Source: Vitrella brassicaformis CCMP3155
Lineage: Eukaryota; Protista; Chromerida
Length of the DNA: 64,000 bases
Reading direction: 5' to 3'
Assembly: GCA_001179505.1 (NCBI GenBank)
Contig: CDMY01000091.1
Coordinates: 62,001 to 126,000, forward strand
Shown one piece after another: positions 1-9,864 of the stretch; positions within the stretch are counted from its first letter, which is position 1, and every line of letters starts with the position of its first letter. A program made the translations under genes and the position numbers. The notes beneath the pieces were generated by a model. The model ran no database searches. It was not told the origin of the DNA and worked only from the letters and a program-made list of their open reading frames with translations.

Positions 1-141
1 TATCACCGCAACACAAAAGTGGAACTTGTCACCAATCCACCCACTGGCTCTTCTCGCTGAACGGCCAGCCCCCGGGGCGACCCTTCCGCCCGAGCACAGA
101 CGCGCGTCACTCACTGACCGACGGCCAGCCGACGCCCACAT

Positions 142-1280
142 CTACGGCACTCTGAACTCGTGACGCTCTCTTTGGGGGGCGCTCGGGCAGCAGCAGCACA
201 ACGACGCCAGCGTCTGCCAGATCGATGGTTTCTCTCTCTCGGGCGGGGCCCCATCGGTCTGCAGCGAATGGCAGGAGGCCGCAGGACAGCAAAGAGATAA
301 GGAAGCAGGTAAGAGACACGTTGTCTGTCTGTCTGTCTGTCTCACCATGTCTCGCCATTGTCACGGTGGCTGCTTCGTTGGCAGTGTGGTCATCCTCCTC
401 GTGGGTGCCTTCGCTGATGGCCTCCCAGGCCCTCAGCGGGTCGTTCTTGTACGCCTTGTGAGCCCGGATTGGTTTGAATGACTTTCCGATGAGGGCCGCC
501 TCCATCTTGAAAGCCTTCTCGTCAACGCGGCTGAAAGGCACCGCCTGCATTGCAAACCGACACAGCAGCAGACAGCAGATGAGGCCGATCTTCATTTGCC
601 GTCCACTGCATGCCCCCTGGCCATGGCTCTCCTTCCCGTCGGCATGCATCTCACCTTCCTCCTCAACTCGTCTCTGACAATGCTGTGGCGCACTCTCTCT
701 CTTTCCCCTCGCAACTCCTGGCGGCGCTTTTCTCGTCAACTCGGTTGAAGGGCATCGCCTGGATTGAAAACCGACACAGCAGCAGGCGGCAGAGACAGTA
801 TATCTTGATTGAAGTGCATGCTATGCTCCCTGGCCTGGCTTCTCATCCTCTCGGATCCGTCACCTTCATCCTGAGCTCGTCTCTGATGATGCTGTGATGC
901 CAGGTCGCATGCGTCCCATCTGTCGTGGCTCTGAGGAGGCCAAGTTGTCGCTCATTCTCTCTTGTTGCCACGGATCGAGCCGTTTCCCTGTTCTTCCCAG
1001 CTCTCCCGTCTCGTCAATGGGTCGCCATTGCAATGCGCCCACCCCCCTCGTCGAAGCGTCTGCGGCGGGACGCCACGTCTCTAACGTCTTGTCCACTCGG
1101 CTGGCGCCTTGGAGGGGCACTCCTCTGCTCATGATGAGACTCGCCTGCAATGAGCGAAAGACAGACAATGAGACGCATCGAGATCTCACAAGAATCAGCT
1201 CACAATAGCAAAGCCTTGCTGTCTTCTGGCGTCGCGCCGGGATGGCAAGTCGGTTCCTCTCGCTTGGCGCCTTTCATGAC
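142..1280 (-). pseudogene. Cys-cluster-tail family member D (degenerate, tandemly repeated exons); 5' end unresolved
   Basis: Last exon 142-258 follows a ctgcag acceptor and reads TDGAPPEREKPSIWQTLASLCCCCPSAPQRERHEFRVP*. Upstream repeated exons are AVPFSRVDEK (from 544), AMPFNRVDEK..HSIVRDELRRK (655-758; 104 nt, frameshift in a GA run) and ..HSIIRDELRMK (~863). Confidence 0.55.
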
Positions 1281-1419
1281 CTGTCGTCTGCCCCGCGCAG
1301 GCAGCACGGATAGAGATCAGATCGACTTGTGCTTACAGGAGATCACGATGTGTCTCTCTAAGCCGACGACGGGCATCAGGCTGCACGCGAGCAACGTGGA
1401 ATGGGTGCTAGGGGCCAGG

Positions 1420-1444
1420 CAGATATAAAATGTACACAGCGATG
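1420..1444 (-). promoter_or_regulatory. Conserved 25-nt 3' element, copy 1 (sense CATCG.TG..TACATTTTATATCTG)
   Basis: cagatataaaatgtacacagcgatg; near-identical copies at 4374-4398 and, inverted, at 48619-48643. Each lies downstream of a family stop codon. Regulatory function is inferred. Confidence 0.5.
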
Positions 1445-1826
1445 AGTGAGGCCTGCTAACACACAAATCGAGGTAGGATGTGCACATCAAGCGACTCAGT
1501 GAGAAGTTGCCAGCTTTTGCCTCTTACCTTCCCCCTTCTCCGAGGCCTCTGGCCAGGAGCTTCCTGTCTTTTCCCTCTTCTCTTCCAGGGCTTGCTGCTC
1601 TGCATCAATCGAGAGTCTCTCTCTCCAGCACTTGGGTCTTCTCCCCGCCTCTCCTCGCTGAATGGATGTCTTGTGCGTTGCCCCCACTGGTCGGCTGTGC
1701 GGTGCGCCACCAAGGCGGTCGGGACCGCACGCCTGCAGGGATGACAACCACCCGCAGTCTGCTGAGAGGTGCGCAGCATCAGAATATAAGTGGTCTGTTT
1801 ACCTCCGCAGCGACACGCAACATCAT

Positions 1827-3987
1827 TCAAAGAGGAGAGGTGGCGGAGCCCTCACCCCCACCCCCACGCACAATTATCTCATTCTCATGGAGTGGGGAGG
1901 CCGGGCAGCAACAGCAAAAGAAGGCCGCGATGGCCTCCCACAGAGTCGGCTTCTTCCTCGCCTGTAGCACACAAAGAGACACATCCACGGGTGGGTGAAG
2001 AGCCAAAGCATTGCTTTCCCTACCGCCGCCTCGGCTCTGGCCTCGGCCTCCTGGCCTTTTTCTCCGCTGCCGCCAAGGCCCGCCTATCCAGACGTACAGG
2101 CGCAGAGGCATTCGCACAAGGTACGGCACTCCTGTCTGTCCCCCACTCACTTCTTCCCCCAATATTGGCCTTCAATGGCGTCCAGTGTGGCATCCTTGCC
2201 GGCACTGCCGCCGTCCTTCTAAGCAATGGTCGCCTTGAGGTCAGCAATGGTCTCTTCCAGGGCCTGCATGGCAGACAGACAGAGAGAGATGGCTGATCGA
2301 TGTGATATGTTCAGTCAGTGGCGCTTACCCGGTAGACGGGCTCCGGCGTTTCGGGGACCACCCTCATGGCCACACTGATGCCAGCCTGTCACCGCAAGAA
2401 CGTTACATAGATGGTTGCACAGAAGCGGTGGTGTCTCTCCGCTGTGTGATGCTCACTGTCTTTGGCTTGGGTTGTCCGGGCGGGGCAAGGTCCTCCCTCG
2501 CAGCGCCACGCGACAGAGGTCTGATGGCGGCAGCGGCAGCACTGGGGATCTAGACGTGGCGGACCGTCCACACCACATACACGCACACACAGACCCAGTG
2601 CAGACTTGATATGGATGTGTCTCCCTCCATCAGACTGAGTGCTTTACCCCTGCCGACATCCTGCTGGATGCCCGAGACTCATGGCGGCTACGGACGACGA
2701 ACAAGGCAGTGCGCCTCAGCTGGCGTCTCCTCGTTGTCCTCCTGCCCCCTGCCGCCGCCACTCCTGACGAACTCGACCTGCCGCTCTGGATCCTGGCATG
2801 GCTGCTGCTGCTGGTGCCGGGGGCTGCAGCTCGTCGTCATCGTCTAATGCGATGGGCACGTCTCGGTTGTCCTGCTGTTGCTTCTTGGCCGCATTGTAAG
2901 CCTCCTCGTCCCCAAACACCACAATGGAGTCCTGAATGGAGCAGAATAAGCGCACAAAAGTCGCTGGTCGCGTGATGTGCGGTGTGTCATATGTGAGAGC
3001 GCACCTTGTTCACCCTTTCTGCGGTGTCCCTCACAGTCATTACGCGGTGGTTGCGGTTGTTGGCCATGATGGAGTCGCCGTCGGCCCAATATCCGTCTCG
3101 CAGCGGCTTGAAGGTGAGCAGGTGTAAAATAGTCTCTTGGAAAGGAGCCACCGCGACGTCCTCACGCAACATGATACCCATCACCGCCCCCGCCCTCTCC
3201 TCATTCATGTCCGTCAGTAGACCGATCTTCGAATCCAGGGCATTGTCGTCACCCTTCACCTTCACACACACACACACATACATACACACACACACACACA
3301 CAACGAAGGAGCCATACAGATATCACCATATCGCTCTCCCTCCCCTTGCTCACCCCCGCGAGTGAGATGGTAGGTCTCGACCCTTTCGCCCTCCTCTCGC
3401 CCTCTCTCACGCCCGGCTCCTTGTTGTCTCTCTGTTTGTTGCTGGTGAACCGGCCGACGTCTCCCAGGCACAATCTGTGCCAGTCCTCCTCCCGAAGCAC
3501 CCCAGCGGCCGTGAAGGCGTCGCTGGTGGTCCTCTTGAAATGCGCCTTCTCCTGCGGCAAGGCAGGGTACTGAAGCGCCATGTTGCAGGCATGAATGCCA
3601 CAGTCCTGAGCGTAGGACCCATCTTTCGGGTCCAACCTCTGGTCGCTGAACTTGAGCGACGCTAGTGGAAGACCGTTCACCCCAAAGTAGAGCCGCTGGC
3701 CGAGGCTGTCCTTCCCCCCTCCTCCTCCCACCAGCAGTCCGCCGTATTGTTGTGCCGGCTTGTCTCATAGAGCTGCTGCAACGACATGGGAGGGCCTGTA
3801 GCACACATCCACACACGCGCGCAACACGCATACACGACACACCAATGGACAGCGTCATTCATTCGTAAGGGTGCCGGTTGTCCCTCTCCTTACCATGTTG
3901 TGCAAGTGCTCCCGCTGCAGCCGCGGCAGTGGGGTGGTGACGCTGGCATAACAGTTTACGGCATTTCGGACGGGGTGGTGGTGACAT
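1827..3987 (-). pseudogene. Family member A: Josephin-like papain-fold domain + coiled coil + Cys-cluster tail, multiply disrupted
   Basis: Spliced reading MSPPPRPKC..CWWEEEG/KDSLGQRLYF..YAQDCGIHACNMALQ..ILHLLTFKPLRDGYWADGDS..ALEETIADLKATIA*..ARKKPTLWEAIAAFFCCCCPASPLHENEIIVRGG. Frameshift in a G run at ~3714-3719, in-frame TAG at ~2220 and further phase breaks. Confidence 0.6.
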
Positions 3988-4373
3988 GAGAGCTGCATTG
4001 TACAGACCAAGGGCAACGACATATAGGTAGATTGCCGTGTGGGCGCGGCACAGCGTCTACCAACCGTACTGTCTTGTGTGTATGTGGACGGGTCACAGTA
4101 GAGCAAGACTGACCGAGCAATGCAAACGTCAGCAACAATAGGGTCTGTAAAGCAGCACACCCAGAAAGACAGGATACATGATGGCTTACTCTCGCACCCG
4201 GCTGACCTGGCAGGGAATGTGCCACTCGCCGAAAAGGATACACCGGCCATATCGATGACTGCAGAAGAAGACAGCACACACAACAGCACACTCCTTACCA
4301 GACGAGTATAGTCATGACGTGCATCTTACCAGACTAGCACCAGGCAGCATGTGAGTAGAGCGAAAAGGTCGGA

Positions 4374-4398
4374 CAGATATAAAATGTAGACAACGATG
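4374..4398 (-). promoter_or_regulatory. Conserved 25-nt 3' element, copy 2
   Basis: cagatataaaatgtagacaacgatg, ~216 nt downstream of the member B stop. Confidence 0.5.
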
Positions 4399-4613
4399 GA
4401 TGAGGGCTGCACACACACACAGGAACAAAGCCGCGTGGGGAAACGATTAATTGAGGACTCGGCGACTCTTTGTTCTTACCATTTTTCCTTACCTTTCCCT
4501 CAGGCGGTCGGGCCGTCCTGAGTCCAGCCGATGATCGGCCAGCCCCCAGGCGACCCTCCCACCCGAGCACCACACGGCAGGGCCAACTTTGGGTGCGCAA
4601 CGACACACACAGA

Positions 4614-5991
4614 TCACTTAGTGGGGAGAGGGGATGAAGCCCTCAGCCCCCCCCCACCCCCACGCACAACTATCTCATCTTCCTGAACTGGGGTGGACGG
4701 CCACCAGCAGCAGCATGCACTCATGACATTCCTGTACAGGCTGGCAAAAAAGCCTGGCTTCGACTGCTATGATGGCAAGACACACACACAGAGAGAGAGA
4801 GGGAGAGAAGGAGGAAGGGAGGGAGGGAAGGAGGGAGGGACGGAGGGAGGGAGGGCACGACGGTCAACTCATCTAAGGCACCTCTTCAAAGGACTTGTGT
4901 GAAAGCTTACCGTGTTGGTTTGGGCGGCCTTGTTGAGGGTAGGTCGCTGCGGCTCCTACAAGGCAATAGCAACAGACACCAGGTGCGAGTGACCGCAGGC
5001 AGCTCGCCAGGGGCTCAAGATGTGGCGGGAGGGGTTAGTCAAGATTATGTCCTACCTTCTCAGCCTGGGTGGCCTTGTCGTTCTTCTCCTTGGTGTCGGC
5101 CTGCTTTTTTCTGATGGTGGGCAAAGGAAATAGGCAGGTGTGGGTGTGTGTGCATGATGTCTCATGCATGTGCGTCAGTGTACTTGTTGGCCAGGTGCTG
5201 CTCCAATTTCTGATCGGGCAGGAAACAGGGATTGAGGGAGACATGGGACTCATGAATCGGGCCTCACCTTGTGGATGCCGTCTATTCGTGTGGTGACCTC
5301 CTTCAGACCGCCTGCCATGCTCATCTGCAAAGTGAACAAGATTCGATGAGTCCCCCATTTAATTATGGTGATGTCTCCCTGTCTGTCTCTCTCCTCGATA
5401 CCCACCCTCCGGCCGCTTCCTACGGGGGTTGGCATCCTCCTTCTGGCCCCTGCAGAAGGACGCCTGAAGACGACGGCACTGCTCGCAGCAGCAGCAGCAG
5501 CAGCAGCAGCAACGGGCCCCCCAACCTGCCGGACAGTCGGCACGCAGACGCGCAAGACTCAGGGTAATACACATCCACACATGAGTCTCTTTCCTCGTTA
5601 CCTTGGTGGTCACCATGTCCGTGTCAAACACTGCCTCGTCCACATGCAGCCAGCCCGTGGCGCCGCCAGCAGCGGCAGCGGCAGCAGGCTCCTCGAAAAC
5701 CGTCTGCATCACACACACGAGACTCAGCAAGGACCCAGGAGAACAGAACTGGCTCTCTCCCGCACTGGCAACATGGTCGCCTGTGTCAGCGTCTCCCTTG
5801 CAGTGTTGAACGTGCCACCGCTCTCCCTCTCCCCTCGGGCCCTCCCCTCCCACCGACGTCCCAGGCTCTGGTTGACGCGGCCGCACGCTTCGATGCACGC
5901 TCGGATCTGCTGGGGGACGTCGGCGGCGTGCGGTTGGGGTACCCCCATTCCACTTCCACTCGGCCGGCTCGCTGCTCACACACAGACACAC
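4614..5991 (-). CDS. Family member B: short coiled-coil protein with Cys-cluster tail (5' exons uncertain)
   Basis: In-phase exons MSMAGGLKEVTTRIDGIHK|KLEQHLANK|KKQADTKEKNDKATQAEK|EPQRPTLNKAAQTNT|QSKPGFFASLYRNVMSACCCWWPSTPVQEDEIVVRGG. Upstream exon TVFEEPAAA..DMVTTK is not confidently phased. Confidence 0.55.
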
Positions 5992-6070
5992 AAGACAGAC
6001 ACAGAGGGACAGTGAGAGAGACAGACAGTCGGCGCAGCCTTCTCCCTCCAGTATCCCTCAGAGTCTCTCG

Positions 6071-7142
6071 TCACTTGAAGCCTTGCCTTTCCTTTGGTCG
6101 GTAGGCGGGGCCCTGCATCCTGATCAGATCTGCACTGAACGTGCTCATCTGCAAAGAGAACAAGGTTAGGTGGGTCCCCCCACTTAGTTACGGCAGTGTT
6201 TCTCTATCTTTCTCCTCAGTACTCATCCTCGTGGCGCGCCCTGACGGTGTGTGGTCCTCTTTCTTGGCTATGGTGGTGGTGGGGCGAGCAAAATCTCGCC
6301 GGGGCAAAAAGATCTCAAGGAACGCCACCATTGGATCTCCCTTACCTGTTGGCGCACTTGCCGGTTGCGGGAAAGGCCCTCCTGGAAGCGGTGCCGGAGG
6401 GGCTGGAAGCGGTGCCGAAGGGTGAAAGCGGTGCGACGCTTCTAGCTCCTCTGCTTCCAGCCGCCCCGCTGCTAGATGACCTGCGGCAACAGCGAGAAAT
6501 GTTGTACGAAATCCGCCTGAAGCACGACCCGATCCTCTCTTGCACATTGCTGTCCATCACTCTCGAAAGGACGAACGTGACGATTTCGCTGTAACCGATG
6601 CCGATGTACTTCTTTGCAGAGCTTCCCCATGAGTCAAAAGTTGACCACCCGTTGTGCGCGTCGAAGATCCAGAAGAGAACTCCACTGACTCCTCCGATCA
6701 AACAGATCTCTTCTCTCCCTCACGCTCGTCAGCTGCAGCCTGCGACCGCGCTGATCCAGACAACCAACTCTTTGAGGAGTCTCCTCAAGCCGAACCACTG
6801 TATTAGCAGGAAAATGAACCAGCCAATCATGAATGTGCTTCGAATAGGATCCTTCTCCCCCTCCTTCGGTAACGAAGGACCAGAACAGCTTTGCGGGGAG
6901 CCGCGCGGCTGCCTGGACCGCATATGCAGCACACACACATACTGGGGGTTTCACATGTATCATTGATACAGTGTTTCATCCCTCACCAGTGTGCCTTTGG
7001 GTCGATGTTCGTCTTCCAATGCGGCCTTGGTGTCCGGGCGGTTGAAGGCAGCCGCCGTCTCTAGGGCATCCAAGAGCAACATCTTCTCTCCCCTGTGAAC
7101 GACAGACAGCAATCCATGTGCATCCTTCAAGTTCTTCCTCAT
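6071..7142 (-). pseudogene. Membrane-protein pseudogene sharing an intron/exon junction with member B
   Basis: MRKNLKDAHG..RDETL|QPRGSP..STFMIGWFIFLLIQWFGL..AGCS*RA*GREEICLIGGVSGVLFWIF. Two in-frame TGA (6729-6731, 6720-6722) join ORFs 6729-6938 and 6342-6701 in one frame. Segment 6140-6240 resembles 5330-5400. Confidence 0.55.
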
Positions 7143-7353
7143 TAAGTCTTGCAGCCGAAGGAGGCAAAAGGACGTAGGAAGGGAACGAAGGAGGGGCAGG
7201 AAGGAGGGGCAGAGGTGTAGGAGTAGTGAAGCAGTCAGGGAAAAGCGTCAGTGGTTTTGGTTCGGGAAAAAAGGGGAGAGGAGGGCTCTGTCCCAAATTC
7301 TCGACACTTTTTGGAGATGGGGGCCCCCACGTCTCGAAGTCTCGCCGAAAGCA

Positions 7354-8895
7354 ATGATGCTTATCGTGCTTGCTGCCCTCGCATTCATCGCCTCGCAGGG
7401 CGCAGCTACAACGATAGCTGCGCACAACCACAGCGAGGAGGTCAGCGAGGCGTTGGCAATGCCTCCTGTCCCGACGACTCTTCTGGGTACAAAGAGACGA
7501 CCGGTGGTACCAATTGATGCATTCGCAATGGCCTTCGTTACATGAATGCTGTCTTCAGCTTGCCATGCACCGTACCATCCCCTGCCTGAGCCTATCTATG
7601 ACGTACTGCCAGACCTGGAATACACCAAGTATCTGCCGGTCACAGTGAAAGCCAGAGCCGGACGACTCTCTCTAAATGCGGACTTCAGCGACCGCCGAGC
7701 AGTCTCCGATTGGTTGGTCCTTTGTGGGTCGTCCTGCAGTCTCCAGGCTTTTTGTGTCTGCTCGTGTTTTACTTTAATTTCAGGTGGTCGCGCTATGACA
7801 GACTTGTCGCATTCATCGACTACGGGCGAGCTCCTCGCAAGCTTGAGAAGTACATGGGAGACAAGGAGATGGTCCAGTTCGAGCTCCCTGATCACAATAC
7901 CGTCGACGAGAGCAAGGACTTCGGGATTCGTTGGGGAGACCTCATGCACTTCCCGATGCCCCACTTCTGGCAGCTTGACTTGACATCTCAAGAGCAGGTG
8001 AGACACGAGTGACTGTCATGTGTGGTGTGGTGTCTCCATCATTTGTCTTCGAGGACATTCCTGGTCTCAGATGGATTCAGCGCACAAGAACTTGCGGCTT
8101 CCCTACAAACACTTCGAGCGCGTGGTGCTTGTCTTATGCCCGTACTCAGGTAGGGGGCCAAAAGGCACACCGAGACTGTTTGTTTGATGCGTGTGATCTG
8201 CCTCAGTTTTTCTGTACGCTCCCGAGTTGCTTGGAGAAGTACCAGAGTATATTCCTGGAATGCCAGACCCAGAATTGCTGCGAGCACTGAAAGTTACCGA
8301 CAAGCAAGCTGCTGAGTGGCAATCCAAGCTGAAGGCTGTCTCATCATTTTGGTCCAACCTCCGATCTCTCATCGCTCCGGGTGGCAGGGTCGTCATCAAT
8401 AGCCTGCCTGTAAGCAGTATAGACCGAGACACGACGTATTCACTGCTGTGAGCAATCGGTCGTGTTCGTTTTCAGTATACGGCATTTGGAGGCAAAGCGT
8501 GCTACTGTGGTGACCCCTCCAATCACCTTTACGCATACCTCGGCAGCAACGCTCCATACAGGAGCTGCAAGCATCACAATCGCCTCGACACGGACATCTG
8601 CTGGGGGAACGACGCGCTGCGCGAGCCCTTTGACCACGCCATCGCCCTCTTCGAAGCAGAGGGATTCGAGCTCGTCGGGCCTCAGTTCGATCAGGGTATG
8701 TAGACATACGTGTTCATCTGACTTGTGATTATGCATTTTCCCGCTGTGGCGTGATCAGGGGAGTTGGGCATCGCCCTTAAGCGAGTTGAGAGCCAGACGG
8801 CATTCAATGAGACTGCCAGCAACACCGATCGGCGTAAAAGGAAGCGCGCCCCATCAAGCGAAGAAGACCTTTCGAAGCAGAGGAAGCTGCACTAG
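7354..8895 (+). CDS. Secreted protein, paralogue 1, possible divergent class I SAM-methyltransferase fold, basic C-terminal NLS-like tail
   Basis: Signal peptide MMLIVLAALAFIASQGAA; phased multi-exon model; HFERVVLVLCP and NLRSLIAPGGRVVINSLP motifs; ends RRKRKRAPSSEEDLSKQRKLH*. The gene is well supported; the fold call is weaker. Confidence 0.8.
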
Positions 8896-9864
8896 CAAGG
8901 TAGATACGTAACTGGCATTCTACGCGCCCCTTTTTCGTTTCCGTTGTGCCCACAACAGCGACGCGATTTCTTTTGTCACACTAAGAGACACGACGCGTGA
9001 CACTGGATTCAAGCTAAATAGAGCTCGCATAGACCAGACACCGAACAATAGCAACAGGCCACCCCACATTTGGCTCTTTTCCGCTGAGGCCAGGATTGGG
9101 CTAAGAGACACGCAGATCATGCACACGATGTGTTGTACACAAACAAAAGCGAAATCGCGACACACATAAAACTCCACTGCGCTGCTTCCACCCATCCAAA
9201 ATAGCCATTAAACATTCGTGGACATGTGGGAGAGACACGTAGCCAGCCAGATTGACTTTATAGCTAATTGCATTACACTTACCCAAAGGCGAAGGCGTGT
9301 GCTTCATGTGTGGTTCTGTGTGCATGTCTCGTCTGTCCGGCTGCCTATCTGTCTGTCTCTAGTCTGTCTGTCATGCTGTCTGTCTGTCTGTCTGTCTGTC
9401 TTTTATCAATCGAGAGTATTTGGACAGGTAGCTAGACAGACAAGCGATGCATGAATGTGTGCAGACATGGAGTGCCGCAAGAGGAAAGAAGAAAGAAAGA
9501 ACAAGAGGTGGGATGGAGAGAGACGCCAGCCGGCCAGGCGACTACAGCCGACACACATGTCCCCCGCCCCTACTCGTGTGTGTCCGTGTATGTGCGTACA
9601 CACGTGTTTCATGCTTCGTGTGTTGATGGGGATGGAATGTTGGAAATACATTAACTCATAGCGCAACGCCAGGCAGAGTCAATCGACCAACCTCTCAATC
9701 ACGCGACAAGCATACCAGCACCATCATCAGCGCCGCCCGCCACGCACACACACGTGGGGATCCCTATCAACACGCTGACAAATTGCCCCTTCGGGGGGCT
9801 TGCTGGGGGCCCCCAGTCTCAGCAGGTGCTGAGACGTGTCACCAATTGGTCTTGGCCGAAAGCA

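Noticed and set aside
420-450. YKNDP shared between ORF 107-739 and the OGFr-domain protein (~23790)
   Set aside because: A five-residue match with no surrounding similarity; treated as chance.
545-595. Apparent signal peptide MKIGLICCLLLCRFAMQ in ORF 107-739
   Set aside because: It is the pyrimidine-rich 3' end of an intron ending cag|GCG; the same sequence recurs without ATG at 759-810.
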